A DNA stretch of 64,000 bases from Candidatus Roizmanbacteria bacterium RIFOXYC1_FULL_41_16 (GTDB lineage: Bacteria > Patescibacteriota > Microgenomatia > UBA1406): assembly GCA_001788295.1 (NCBI GenBank), contig MGBO01000021.1:74003-138002 (forward strand), written 5' to 3'. Position 1 is the stretch's first letter, and every line of letters starts with the position of its first letter. The notes beneath the pieces are model-generated. The model made no database searches. It was given only the letters and a program-made list of their open reading frames with translations, and was not told the DNA's origin. Of the stretch, positions 20,725 to 31,262 are shown piece after piece. Both the position numbers and the translations under genes were made by a program.

Positions 20725-21378
20725 TTAGCCAGCACCATAAAGGAATTTTGTCGGCTGGGGTTCGATATTTCTGATTTGCGAAAGTAAATTCAAAAATTGA
20801 GTCCCCCGGTCTATGATTCCGGGATCCTTGCTGTGTTTAATTAAGGCTTCTATAGTTCCGTTTGGTAAACCAAATGGAAGATTAAGATGAACAAGCTCGG
20901 CATAACTAATTAATGGGAGTAGAGAACTATCAGGTAAGAATAATCGGCTGGTTCCATTGGGTGATTTGCCAGGAAAAGCCAAAATTCCATTTAATTTTGC
21001 TAAAGGTTTTTCGCCAAAGGCATCAGCCATTTTGTCATAAAGGTCTTTATCAAAAAATGGATTAATACTTGTTTGCGGACTCAACAAGTATTCTAAGACT
21101 CCTGCGGCGGTATCGGAACAAACGTCCGTCATCGCTCCTAACTGACAAAAAGAACCGAGTCCATTCTGATCAACATGAAACGAATTTCTCATAACATCTT
21201 CAATTGCTTCGTAAGCTTTTTGGATATTTGGAGCCATTCTAACGATCACACCTGGAGTTCCAGTTTTAAGATTATAGCTGCAATAATAGAACGGTCTGAA
21301 ATGGCTTTTTTCTTCAGTACTTAAATTTATTTCTTTTGACATAGGTTGTATATTATACAATAAATTACCAACACTCAC
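20725..21378 (-). CDS. Hypothetical protein
   Basis: 217-aa ORF, no recognisable motif. Confidence 0.35.
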   Translation of the reverse strand: MSVGNLLYNIQPMSKEINLSTEEKSHFRPFYYCSYNLKTGTPGVIVRMAPNIQKAYEAIEDVMRNSFHVDQNGLGSFCQLGAMTDVCSDTAAGVLEYLLSPQTSINPFFDKDLYDKMADAFGEKPLAKLNGILAFPGKSPNGTSRLFLPDSSLLPLISYAELVHLNLPFGLPNGTIEALIKHSKDPGIIDRGTQFLNLLSQIRNIEPQPTKFLYGAG

Positions 21379-21466
21379 AACCTATAATCTATATTATGGG
21401 ATAAGATAATTAGGATTATGGATCTTGGTCATGACTAGGAGATAGTGAGTGATATAATTATTAATT

Positions 21467-22534
21467 ATGAATCTCAGAATTGGTATTGTCGGGTTGCCAA
21501 ATGCCGGCAAATCCACGCTTTTTAATGCACTACTCAAAAAACAAGCCGCCTTGGCGGCCAATTATCCGTTTGCGACCATTGACCCTAATATCGGAATTGT
21601 GCAAGTGCCAGACGAACGGCTAAAAGTGCTGGCTGAAATTGTTAAAACCAATAAAATCGTGCCGGCCACTGTCGAATTTGTCGATATTGCCGGTTTGGTT
21701 AGAGGTGCCCACAGCGGGGAAGGCCTGGGCAACAAATTCTTGAGCCACATCAGAGAAACCAGCGCCATTTGTTATGTATTACGCTTTTTTAAAGATCCTG
21801 AAGTGATACATGTCAGCGATAGGGTAGACCCCAAAGAAGATCTGGCTATTCTCAACGAGGAATTAATTTTAGCCGATTTACAAACTCTAGAAAACCAAAA
21901 AGAGCCCAAAAAAAATGCCGGCAAAGAAGATCAATTGCGTTGGCAGTTGGTTAACACGCTTAAACGACATTTAAACAATAATCAACCAGCCAGGGAAATC
22001 AAACTTGACGAAGAGGAGCTGGAACTAATCAAATCCTTGAATTTGCTCACTCTTAAACCAGCTATTTATGTTGCCAATCTAGACGAAGATCAATTAAGTC
22101 AGAGTAGGGAAGTGTTGGCTGATTTTTCACTTAAGCCCGTGATTGCCTTGTCGGCCAAGATTGAGTCCGAGTTGATCGACGTTAAAGAAACAGAGCGCCG
22201 GGAATTTTTACAATCGGTTGGCATTGATGAGCCGGTTTTGAACAAACTGGCCAAAATCAGCTACGACACTTTGGGATTAATGTCATTTCTCACTGCCGGC
22301 ACTCTGGAAGCCCGCGCCTGGACCATTCCCAAAAACACTCCGGCTGTCACTGCTGCCGGAGTCATTCACACCGATTTTAGCCAAAAATTTATTAAAGCCG
22401 AAATTGTCACTTTTGCCGATTTTGTCAACAGTGGCGGCTGGACCAACAGCCGGCTGCAAGGCAAAGTCAGGCAAGAAGGCCGTGACTATCTGATGCAAGA
22501 GGGAGACGTCGTCGAGTTTAAAATCGGAGCTTAA
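21467..22534 (+). CDS. ychF: Ribosome-binding ATPase YchF (Obg-family GTPase)
   Basis: GIVGLPNAGKSTLFNAL P-loop, ANYPFATIDPNIG motif, C-terminal TGS domain. Confidence 0.85.
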   Translation: MNLRIGIVGLPNAGKSTLFNALLKKQAALAANYPFATIDPNIGIVQVPDERLKVLAEIVKTNKIVPATVEFVDIAGLVRGAHSGEGLGNKFLSHIRETSAICYVLRFFKDPEVIHVSDRVDPKEDLAILNEELILADLQTLENQKEPKKNAGKEDQLRWQLVNTLKRHLNNNQPAREIKLDEEELELIKSLNLLTLKPAIYVANLDEDQLSQSREVLADFSLKPVIALSAKIESELIDVKETERREFLQSVGIDEPVLNKLAKISYDTLGLMSFLTAGTLEARAWTIPKNTPAVTAAGVIHTDFSQKFIKAEIVTFADFVNSGGWTNSRLQGKVRQEGRDYLMQEGDVVEFKIGA

Positions 22535-22550
22535 AAATTCCAGTCGTTTC

Positions 22551-24080
22551 TCACTGAATCGTCAGCCGGTAGTCTTCAACTTCACCGTGTCCTTGGTCGT
22601 CAACCATTACTCGAAGATAGATAAAATCTTTGGCAGTTGAAGGAACAATTAATTTAAAGTTCTGGGTGGCAGTTTGATTATTCTTGATCTCAAAAATTAG
22701 TTCAGGAGTCAGGCCACCCTTACCATCCCAATCCAGCCACACAGATAGTTGATAGCCATTCTGGCCAGGTCTTGTTAATTTAATCCGGCCGTCATAAACC
22801 TGAAGGCGATTAAGATTGAAAATGCCGGCTTCTAGTCCGTCAAGATACAAGCCGTCATCCCCGTCATCTAGACTTTTGGGCCCGGATTCCACTGTCACCT
22901 GATCACCTAAAATTACCGAATCCGATCGCGTTTCTATATAAACATTGTCAAAGTCGGCAAAAACACTACTGTTATTGTCAGACCAGTCGGCGAGTTCGGG
23001 TTGACCTGGCAAAGTGGTCGGCTCAGTGGTTTCACCGGGCAGAGCGGTTATCTGTGCTTGCAAAGAAATCGGATTAACCAAAATCAAAGCATTGCCCAAA
23101 ATCCGTTCATACAAGCCATCGATTTTTATTTGAGGCAAATTGGTTGATTTCATCATCAAACGGTCCCAAGACTCAATCCAATTTAAGTCAGAATCAATTC
23201 CACTGGAAAAATAATAAAACGAATGCTCGTTCGCAAATAAGAGATAACTTGCCAAATAAAATGGCTCTTTCGAGGCCTCATTTGTCACTTGAAAAATTAA
23301 CTTTTTGCCAGAAAAGCTGGGATTTTGAGCCAAATTGACTAAGAATTGATAATAACGTTTAAAGGTGGCCGGGTCGTTAGCAATTGCGGCAAAATCGCTC
23401 AACACCATCCCGTCGGTCTGCAACAATAACTGCTGAGTAAAATCCTCACTCTTGGAAACAATCGGCGCCCCTTCAAAAAACAAGGTCTGTCCGCTAAAAG
23501 ATTGCCTGATTTGAGCCATAAAATCAAGCAGACTAATCGTCCACCAATCATATTGTGGTCGGCAGCTTGGTGAACCGGCAATTATCGGACAACGATTAAG
23601 GCCGCTCAAATAAATGCCGTCAACATCAACCTTATTTAACTCCTGTGTCCAATAACTGAAAAAATGCTGGCGATATAAGGGATCACGAATATCCAAAGTC
23701 AAGTCACTAAGGAACCACTCTGGATGTTTAATCAGAATGGGATAGTCCAAGGCCAGGGTCGTTGTCTGAGCAATCGGTACTTCATAATAGATTTTAAAAT
23801 CAGGGTTGGCGTGCTTAAAAAGCGGAATAAGTTCATTCAACTGTTCCAAATTTTGATTGCTGAAAATCACACCCGAATATCGTTGAGTCAAAGTCCGGAT
23901 CTCTGATTCGGTCCAATTTTGATTGGTAAAAGTCACTCTGGGCAGAATTTTCAAAATACTGGTCAGGGAAGTCGCTGCTTTGGGTTTATAAGTCCGTCTT
24001 AAGGCTGGAAAAACCGCTACCATTAACAAAATGGCCAAACCCCAAGCCACCAAAAAACCGATGATTAGGAAACGCTTCAT
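22551..24080 (-). CDS. Membrane-anchored hypothetical protein, possible glycoside-hydrolase-like TIM-barrel plus beta-rich C-terminal domain
   Basis: N-terminal TM helix. Central region resembles GH114/GHL-type TIM-barrel proteins only weakly. Confidence 0.3.
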   Translation of the reverse strand: MKRFLIIGFLVAWGLAILLMVAVFPALRRTYKPKAATSLTSILKILPRVTFTNQNWTESEIRTLTQRYSGVIFSNQNLEQLNELIPLFKHANPDFKIYYEVPIAQTTTLALDYPILIKHPEWFLSDLTLDIRDPLYRQHFFSYWTQELNKVDVDGIYLSGLNRCPIIAGSPSCRPQYDWWTISLLDFMAQIRQSFSGQTLFFEGAPIVSKSEDFTQQLLLQTDGMVLSDFAAIANDPATFKRYYQFLVNLAQNPSFSGKKLIFQVTNEASKEPFYLASYLLFANEHSFYYFSSGIDSDLNWIESWDRLMMKSTNLPQIKIDGLYERILGNALILVNPISLQAQITALPGETTEPTTLPGQPELADWSDNNSSVFADFDNVYIETRSDSVILGDQVTVESGPKSLDDGDDGLYLDGLEAGIFNLNRLQVYDGRIKLTRPGQNGYQLSVWLDWDGKGGLTPELIFEIKNNQTATQNFKLIVPSTAKDFIYLRVMVDDQGHGEVEDYRLTIQ

Positions 24081-24095
24081 TTTACTAGTAATATA

Positions 24096-25118
24096 TCACA
24101 AAATGAGCATGGCGTCGCCAAAGGAATAAAAACGGTAGCGGTGTTTGACGGCGTACTCATAAAGGGCCAGAGTGCGCTTCCGATCGTTGATAAAAGCACA
24201 AATCAGCAACAATAAACTCGATTTGGGCAAGTGAAAATTAGTCAGTAAGCCATTCACCAATTTAAATCGGTAGCCGGGCTTAATGAATATTTTTGTTTCA
24301 CCAGACAAATCAAGCGTTTTGGTAATCTCCTCCAGAGTTCGGACCACAGTTGTTCCCACAGCAATAATCTTTTTCTTGGCCCGATGATTGTCCATTATTT
24401 CCTGCCAAGCTCGCTTGGAAACTTGATAATATTCTCCGTGCAGTTGATTGCTGACAAAATGGCGTTCTGTCAGCGGCGCAAAAGTACCCATGCCCACATG
24501 CAAAGTTACAAATTCCTGTTTAATTTTTTCCCTGGTTAATTTTTGCAACAAGCGCTTGGTAAAATGCAAAGAGGCGGTTGGGGCGGCGATAGAACCATAT
24601 TGTTTGGCAAAAACAGTTTGATATTGGTTTTGCAGTTTGGCCAAAGAATCCGGATTTTTAATATACGGAGGAATCGGCATTTGACCAAACTTTTCCAAAT
24701 ATGCAATCAGTTCGGTCACAGACAAGTCGGTCTTAAAAAAGTAATCGCGCTCAGTTTGCTTAATCACTCTAATTTTGAGCCCGCCGTTAAGGACAAGCTC
24801 TTCATTAAGGGCAATGGCGCGGGAAAACAGCGCTTGATAAACACCCGGACTGGTTGTTTTAACCATCAGTATTTCGCATTTGCCGCCGGTCTGGCGGTGA
24901 GCCATGATCCGGGCCGGAATGACCTTGGAGTTATTCATTACCAGCAAAGATCCTACCGGTAAATATTTGGCCAAATTATAAAAACGGTCGTCGATAATTT
25001 TATTTTCATTCCGATAATACACCAGCAATTTAGCCGAGTCGCGCGGAGAGCTGGGTTTTTGGGCAATCAAGGACTTGGGCAGATAGTAATCATAGAGCGA
25101 CAAGTCCTGGTATTTCAT
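24096..25118 (-). CDS. queA: S-adenosylmethionine:tRNA ribosyltransferase-isomerase
   Basis: MKYQDLSLYDYYLPKSLIAQKP N-terminus and overall 340-aa QueA architecture. Confidence 0.8.
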   Translation of the reverse strand: MKYQDLSLYDYYLPKSLIAQKPSSPRDSAKLLVYYRNENKIIDDRFYNLAKYLPVGSLLVMNNSKVIPARIMAHRQTGGKCEILMVKTTSPGVYQALFSRAIALNEELVLNGGLKIRVIKQTERDYFFKTDLSVTELIAYLEKFGQMPIPPYIKNPDSLAKLQNQYQTVFAKQYGSIAAPTASLHFTKRLLQKLTREKIKQEFVTLHVGMGTFAPLTERHFVSNQLHGEYYQVSKRAWQEIMDNHRAKKKIIAVGTTVVRTLEEITKTLDLSGETKIFIKPGYRFKLVNGLLTNFHLPKSSLLLLICAFINDRKRTLALYEYAVKHRYRFYSFGDAMLIL

Positions 25119-25138
25119 TATTGTTTTTTCTGGTTTAT

Positions 25139-26056
25139 TTACTTTTCTTCAATCAGCTTACGATTGTAAGAGATCAGGTCGGCAATGAAACCCAGAATAA
25201 TAATGTTAAAACCAATTCCCAATAAAATTGAAGAAATTACCAAAGACTGCACATGGCCGGAAGGGTCGTTTTGCACAAAGGCAAAATAACCAAATCTCAA
25301 TAAGCCCAATAAACCGCTCAAACTCAAAATACCACCCAAATAACTAAAAACCGATAAAGCTCGATAAAGCAAAACTGCCCGCAAAATAGTGGCACCGGAT
25401 TTGAAAACGTGGTTGAGCACGCCTTTAGAAATCAAGCGACTACCACCGGTTACTCGCCGAGAAAAAGTCACCGGAATTTCCAAAATGGCAAATTCACGAA
25501 AATGAGCAGCAATCAACATTTCATGAGTATAGGTATGAGTAGAAAAGATATGAACCTTGCGAACAAGCTCACCGGTCATGGCCCGAAAGCCACTGGAGGC
25601 ATCCTCAACCTTAATTCCGGTCAACCATCGAATCATAAAGCTGCCCAAAAGATTACCGTATTTCTTGGCAAACGGCATATGTTTGAGCTTAGCCACCTGA
25701 CGATCGCCAATTACCAGATCAGCCCGATTTTCCAAAATCGGCTTTACCAGTTTAATAATCTCTTGCTGATCATATTGATTGTCGGCGTCAGTGTTTACCA
25801 AAACGTCAGCCCCAAGCTTGACCGCTTGAGTGGCTGCGTGAGCAAAAGTGCGCGCCAATCCAAAATTGCGCTTATGCCTAAACACATAGTCAGCTCCAAA
25901 ACGTTTGGCAACAGCGGCAGTCTGGTCTTTAGAACCGTCGTCATACACCAAAACCTTAACCATATCAAATCCCTTAATCTGGCGAGGAATTGATTTAATC
26001 ACCTGGCCAAGGGTTTTTGCTTCATTATATGCCGGAATGGTCACAAAGAGTTTCAT
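25139..26056 (-). CDS. GT2-family glycosyltransferase (polyprenyl-phosphate sugar synthase-like) with C-terminal TM helices
   Basis: IPAYNEA...YDDGSKD and DAD.Q motifs of GT2 (DPM1/ArnC-like), plus two C-terminal TM segments. Confidence 0.7.
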   Translation of the reverse strand: MKLFVTIPAYNEAKTLGQVIKSIPRQIKGFDMVKVLVYDDGSKDQTAAVAKRFGADYVFRHKRNFGLARTFAHAATQAVKLGADVLVNTDADNQYDQQEIIKLVKPILENRADLVIGDRQVAKLKHMPFAKKYGNLLGSFMIRWLTGIKVEDASSGFRAMTGELVRKVHIFSTHTYTHEMLIAAHFREFAILEIPVTFSRRVTGGSRLISKGVLNHVFKSGATILRAVLLYRALSVFSYLGGILSLSGLLGLLRFGYFAFVQNDPSGHVQSLVISSILLGIGFNIIILGFIADLISYNRKLIEEK

Positions 26057-26076
26057 TACAGTATTATACTATAACG

Positions 26077-27801
26077 TCAATATCCCAACGGACAGTAGAT
26101 AATTGATTCCTGAGAAGTAAATCTAAAGTCCAAACTGCAATTGCTGGGTAGAGCAAAACGATGGTTCTTTCTGGTCAGAATCCGTCGCGGCTTATTGTCA
26201 TAACTATCACAATTTTTTAAATATTGATAAGGATAGAGAAAATGATAAAGATAGTAGGTCTCCGAGCTAATGCCATCTTTATGAATACAGATCGGGATAT
26301 CGGCGGTCTGATAGTTACTCAAAGCCAAGTCCCATTCATTAATCACTTTTTGGTACTTAGCCATCACCCAGGTCGGAGTCGAAAGAGTATTGTTAATGGC
26401 AAAAAGAGTTGTCCAAACAAAAAAGATTAATAAACCACTCAGTAACCAAAACCGCTGGTTTTTAATAATCGAGTAGACAATAAAACCAACCAAAGCCACC
26501 AAAATCCAAGAAAGCCAAGCCTGCTCTTTAAACAACAGGAAAAAATATACGGACATGGTGTTGCCGAATTTATAATCTAATTTCGGCAGTTTAAAAATAA
26601 AGTAATAAACAAAATAAGCCAACACCAGCCAGATTGCCGGATGAATTTTCAACTTGGCAGAGGCGGTTTGAAAATATTTTAGAAAGTCAGTCGCTCCATA
26701 AACAAACAACAAAACCAGAGCCGGATCCAAATAGCGGCTGAATACCAGGTATTGCGGATTTCTGGCCGTGCCAATAAACATATGGGCAAAGGTCAAAAGC
26801 AAAGAAAAACCAAAAATAAAAATGGTCCACAGCCGGGGCAGCAACAAATACCATTCTTTTTTATGCCATTCTTTTCTAAACTCAAAGTAAGAAAAGATCG
26901 GCAAAACAAAAAACAGCCAATACAAACTCAAAGTAATCTCATTTCGCAGCAGAGTAAAAGAAAAACGCGGCTGCATTAATCCCTTAATAAAAGAGTCAAT
27001 ATAAGTGGTTTTTTCATAAAAACCCTTGTCGGGCAAAAACAATAATCGGCTAAGATAATTCCAGACATAATAAAAAAAGACTGTTAAAAGACTGAAATAA
27101 ACCAAGCTTTTAAGCCGGTTGAAAGATTGGGCACGGTATTGAAAGTAAATTACTAATAAAACTGCCAAAGCAAAGGCCGGCAACAAAATTATTCCAAACG
27201 AGCGGATAATTCTGGTGAAATAAATAAACAGTCCCAAAATGACTGCGGCCAAAAATAAACTCCCGCGCTTATTTAGATCATCACGAACAATAAATTTAAG
27301 TGCCGTAATGAGCGCCAAAAGCATAAAAATAAACAAAGTTTCGGACATGATGTTAGATGAATAAATGAAAAGGGGAGGGTAGAAGGCGACAAGCAAGCTC
27401 ACCCACAAGCTGCCGCTCAACCAAAAAACCAAGAACGGAATGAGCGAAGAAATAAGCATGGTACCAATCAAACTGATCTTGTACTGAACCAGCGGGTTTT
27501 TGATAAAACCGGTAAAAGCAGCCAAAAACAAGGGCCAGCCGGGCGGATATAATTGCGGATCCCGCGATAGTTGAGACAAAAAATTACTGCGTACTATCTG
27601 GCGGGCCGTATCCAAATATATGTATTCGTCAAAAATAATCCAGGGAATTTTAATATAACCATAAACCACCAAGCGTACGACAAAAGAAACACCGATTATT
27701 AAAAGCAGTTTCCGATAAGTGGGCTTAAAAAAAACTAACAAAACAGACCAGATTTGCTTAAATGACCGTACGCGTTTCTTCATTACAATTTCATTATACA
27801 A
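26077..27801 (-). CDS. GT-C membrane glycosyltransferase (PMT/ArnT-like)
   Basis: 574-aa polytopic membrane protein. FDEYIY (DE motif) follows the first TM segments. Confidence 0.5.
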   Translation of the reverse strand: MYNEIVMKKRVRSFKQIWSVLLVFFKPTYRKLLLIIGVSFVVRLVVYGYIKIPWIIFDEYIYLDTARQIVRSNFLSQLSRDPQLYPPGWPLFLAAFTGFIKNPLVQYKISLIGTMLISSLIPFLVFWLSGSLWVSLLVAFYPPLFIYSSNIMSETLFIFMLLALITALKFIVRDDLNKRGSLFLAAVILGLFIYFTRIIRSFGIILLPAFALAVLLVIYFQYRAQSFNRLKSLVYFSLLTVFFYYVWNYLSRLLFLPDKGFYEKTTYIDSFIKGLMQPRFSFTLLRNEITLSLYWLFFVLPIFSYFEFRKEWHKKEWYLLLPRLWTIFIFGFSLLLTFAHMFIGTARNPQYLVFSRYLDPALVLLFVYGATDFLKYFQTASAKLKIHPAIWLVLAYFVYYFIFKLPKLDYKFGNTMSVYFFLLFKEQAWLSWILVALVGFIVYSIIKNQRFWLLSGLLIFFVWTTLFAINNTLSTPTWVMAKYQKVINEWDLALSNYQTADIPICIHKDGISSETYYLYHFLYPYQYLKNCDSYDNKPRRILTRKNHRFALPSNCSLDFRFTSQESIIYCPLGY

Positions 27802-27841
27802 AAAATTCGTTCTGTCAAATACAATTTGCTATTATTAACTT

Positions 27842-28774
27842 ATGTCGTTAAAAGAAGCTGTTCTGCGATTTCTGGAATTCTGCGAACTGGACCGGAATCT
27901 GTCTCCCAGAACTGTCAAAATGTACGGCTACTATCTCTTTTTTTTTCAGGAATGGCTGGAGAAAAACTTTGTTGATCCGGCCGAAAATGTTTGTCACCTG
28001 AATGAGCAGCATCTGCGCCAGTTCCGACTTTATTTATCTCAGCAATATCTTAATCCTTACAAAGGGGCGCTCAAACGCCAGTCACAAAACTATTTTTTAA
28101 TTGCCATCCGTTCGCTCTTGCGTTATCTGGTCAGGCAAGAGGTTGATGTGATTTCGCCTGATAAAATACAGCTTGGCAAAACCCGGGACCGTGAAATTCG
28201 TTTTTTGCCATCAAGCGATTTGGATTTGCTCTTTAAGGCGGTCAACACCCGTTCCCGCTCGGGTTTACGCGATCGCTCCATTATGGAAGTCTTGTTTTCG
28301 ACCGGCCTGCGTGTCTCTGAGCTTTCAGCCATCAATCGCGACCAAATCAATGTCAATAAGGGCGAGTTCAGTATTATCGGCAAAGGCGGCAAAGCCCGGG
28401 TCGTGTTTTTGTCGCGTCACGCCATTGAATGGCTCGAACGTTATCTCAAAACCCGCAACGACGAATCGCCGGCCGTTTTTATCCGTTATCGCGGCAAAAC
28501 TGCTAAGACGCCAGAAGAGCTTCGTCTTTCGCCGCGCCAAGTCGAGCGCCTGATTGAAAAATACCGTCTCAAAGCCGGAATTACCCGAAAAATTACGCCA
28601 CATGTGTTACGTCACAGCTTTGCCACTGATCTACTCACTCATGGCGCCGATTTGCGTTCGGTTCAGGAAATGCTCGGCCACAAAAACATTGCCACCACCC
28701 AAATCTACACTCACGTCACCAATCCCAGGCTACGGGAAATTCACGAAAAATACCACAGCGGCAACAAATCTTAA
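27842..28774 (+). CDS. Tyrosine recombinase XerC/XerD family
   Basis: C-terminal catalytic block [12 protein letters not shown]...LGH...TQIYTHV with the RHRH-Y residues. An N-terminal SAM-like domain is present. Confidence 0.75.
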   Translation: MSLKEAVLRFLEFCELDRNLSPRTVKMYGYYLFFFQEWLEKNFVDPAENVCHLNEQHLRQFRLYLSQQYLNPYKGALKRQSQNYFLIAIRSLLRYLVRQEVDVISPDKIQLGKTRDREIRFLPSSDLDLLFKAVNTRSRSGLRDRSIMEVLFSTGLRVSELSAINRDQINVNKGEFSIIGKGGKARVVFLSRHAIEWLERYLKTRNDESPAVFIRYRGKTAKTPEELRLSPRQVERLIEKYRLKAGITRKITPHVLRHSFATDLLTHGADLRSVQEMLGHKNIATTQIYTHVTNPRLREIHEKYHSGNKS

Positions 28775-29697
28775 AGCCACCGTTTCCTGAAGAAAAAATA
28801 GAGTGAAAAAATAATCAAAGACAGACACAAAAGCAAAATAGTTAAGTATGCCATTGGATCTTGTGCCATCGGCAGCTTCACGTTCATTCCATAAAACGAG
28901 GTAATGATGTTAGGCAAGTTTAAAATAATAGTCAAAGAAGTCAAAAATTTCATGGTGATATTCAGGTTATTGGAGATTACCGATGCATAGGCATCCATGG
29001 TGCTGTTGATATTGTTCATAAAAATAGTGACTGTTTCCAATAACTCTTTATTTTCAATAATCATGTCTTCCAAAATTTCCTTGTCGGCCGGAAAAATCTC
29101 AATCTTTTTGTTAACAATAATTTTCTCAAACAACATTCCATTATTAATGAGGGCCGAATGAAAATAAGTAATCGTTTTTTGAATTTCCAAAAAAGAAATC
29201 ACCTCAGCGTTGGCCTGTGAATGCAGCAGTCGATGTTCCACTCTGGTGGTAATTTCTTGAAGTTCCTCCACATACCGGTCAAAATAATAGTTGGCATTTT
29301 TGATCAAATACAGCAAAAAGCGAGTTCGTTTGCTGGTATAAAAACCATTCATCTTATCGGTTAAAAACCGATTAACCACTTCGTTTTCTTTAGCGCAGAT
29401 TGTAATAATATTGTATTCATTCACAACCACACCAATTGGGATAATTAAAAACTTGGTTTCTTTTTTTACCGGAATCCGGATAATAAACAGCTTCCAGTTC
29501 TTAACCGTATCAATTCTCGAGCGTTCTTTCAAATCCAAAGATGCGTGTACAAACTCGGCCGGAACTTTATACTTATTCACCAGCTCCTGAATTTCTTTTT
29601 CAGACGGATCGATCACATTTATCCAATCACCATGACGTACTAGCTTCACCTCAGCAAGACGATCGGCTTGCTGGGTTTTACGCAGAATAAGAATCAT
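28771..29697 (-). CDS. corA: Magnesium/cobalt transporter CorA
   Basis: YGMNVKLP (GMN motif) before two C-terminal TM helices. Start set at ATG (MILILRK); the ORF-track start is an ATT codon. Confidence 0.75.
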   Translation of the reverse strand: MILILRKTQQADRLAEVKLVRHGDWINVIDPSEKEIQELVNKYKVPAEFVHASLDLKERSRIDTVKNWKLFIIRIPVKKETKFLIIPIGVVVNEYNIITICAKENEVVNRFLTDKMNGFYTSKRTRFLLYLIKNANYYFDRYVEELQEITTRVEHRLLHSQANAEVISFLEIQKTITYFHSALINNGMLFEKIIVNKKIEIFPADKEILEDMIIENKELLETVTIFMNNINSTMDAYASVISNNLNITMKFLTSLTIILNLPNIITSFYGMNVKLPMAQDPMAYLTILLLCLSLIIFSLYFFFRKRWL

Positions 29698-29721
29698 AAA
29701 AAAATTATACAGACTCCCCAA

Positions 29722-30462
29722 TCAAAATGAAAGCAGGGAAGAGGCAAGTATGATCGACTTTTAAGGACAATTAGCCTTGTAAAACAGGCCAAAACACCAA
29801 ATTTAACCCAAAAGGCCTTGGCCAAAAAAATCAGGCCAATAAGCAGATAACAGGGAAAGACAATAAAGAAATTGTTAGAGAAAAAAAGCAAAATAAACAA
29901 ATAAAAAGATGAGTAAATGATCACCAAAAATATCTCTCCCCCCTGTGAGCGAACCACAAGACGTCGTTAAAGATATATTATACGACATTAGGTATTGCTC
30001 CACTTTGGCAGATACACACCCTTAATTGCCACTGAGTCCACCAGGTGCAACCATAATCAAAGTAAGACATCCCTGTTTCTAGGGAGTAGCACTTACTCTC
30101 ATAGAGAGTAATTAACACAACACAACCTCTTTCAAATCGCGGTGTTAAATCTGCTAACATAGGGTCTTCTCCTATAGCTTGCTCTTCCGTTCAGATGCGT
30201 GTTGAGTTTAGAGCCTCGTTTCTTTCTAAAATATGAATTTATTCGGGAAATTGAGCCTAGGGGCCTAATAGATAGGTGCTTAGTTTGGAGCATAACAAAC
30301 ATCCGTTATTTTATTTGGATTGATATAACAGTCCAGACAATTCAGTGTCTTTTTCCACATTCTTTTCACGAACGTGAATATTATAGGATAGTAGAACTAT
30401 AGGATATTGTCCGGATTTCTCTCTTCCCTCTCCCCGCCTTTGTGACCAATCAGTTAATTTCT
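29722..30462 (-). promoter_or_regulatory. Long (about 740 bp) GC-enriched, structure-rich noncoding region upstream of corA; candidate regulatory leader/ncRNA
   Basis: No convincing CDS. Contains the palindrome TTCACGAACGTGAA (30365-30378), direct repeats TATAGGATA x2 (30382-30390, 30398-30406), and overlapping hairpins gagtaGCACTtactc / tactctcATAgagagta (about 30085-30110). Confidence 0.3.
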
Positions 30463-31260
30463 CTAACCCCAAGAAGCTGTCGCAAAAATTAATATTGTCA
30501 GAAGCAAAAAAACAATTAAATATTCACGAACCCGTTCCTTAAAGACCGTATCGGTCATAATCTCCTGGGTGAGTCCGGAAAGCAAATAGATTATCGCCAC
30601 TGTATATAGAGCATAGATATTGGTCTTAATAGGCATGAAATTAAGAATAAAGATCGCGCCTGATAAGAGTACGGTTTCAATCGTGGCAAATTTATATACT
30701 CGTTCCTCCAGTACTGATTTCGGATTGGCAGCCCAGGTACTGTGAAATAAAAGCGGCCAAGCCAAAAGCATTCCAAAAAAAGTATTGAGCAAAAAGTGGA
30801 GACGGAACGAATATAGCACGGTATAAAGCAGGAAAAAAGCCAATAGACTCAGAAAATTAGAGACAGAGTAAGCGGCTCGATATAGCGGTAGACTCTTCTC
30901 TACTCCGACATTAAAGATGTTCACGCTTAATATCGAAGCATACATGCCGATTCCCAAAACAGCTAGATACGGGATCCGGGTCAGCCAGCGAACAGGTAAA
31001 AGATAGTAAAAAAGCAACAGGCTGATGGCCAAAGAGATCGGCAAAATAAACAACACCAGCCACTCAATATTCTCAATATCCTCAAGAAGAGCGATATAAG
31101 TCGCTCCATACACAATTACAATATCAATCGGAATCAAAAAAACTGCGACTCGAATTGGAAACAAAACAATAATCAAGTTAAAAGCCAAAATTATGGCAAC
31201 AGCAATCAAAAGTCGCTGACGCTTGTCAATCTTACGTAACAAATTATATAGGTGTTTCAT
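30463..31260 (-). CDS. Polytopic membrane protein, hypothetical
   Basis: 265-aa ORF with about 8 predicted TM helices. Confidence 0.4.
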   Translation of the reverse strand: MKHLYNLLRKIDKRQRLLIAVAIILAFNLIIVLFPIRVAVFLIPIDIVIVYGATYIALLEDIENIEWLVLFILPISLAISLLLFYYLLPVRWLTRIPYLAVLGIGMYASILSVNIFNVGVEKSLPLYRAAYSVSNFLSLLAFFLLYTVLYSFRLHFLLNTFFGMLLAWPLLFHSTWAANPKSVLEERVYKFATIETVLLSGAIFILNFMPIKTNIYALYTVAIIYLLSGLTQEIMTDTVFKERVREYLIVFLLLTILIFATASWG

Positions 31261-31262
31261 AA

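Noticed and set aside
29978-30160. 60-aa Cys/Trp-rich minus-strand ORF inside the corA leader
   Set aside because: Has a plausible RBS, but I cannot distinguish it from a chance ORF inside a structured RNA. Not called as a CDS, only mentioned in the finding.
29722-30462. M-box (ykoK) Mg riboswitch upstream of corA
   Set aside because: Looked for the M-box conserved blocks on the corA-sense strand and did not find them. The region is reported as an unclassified structured leader instead.
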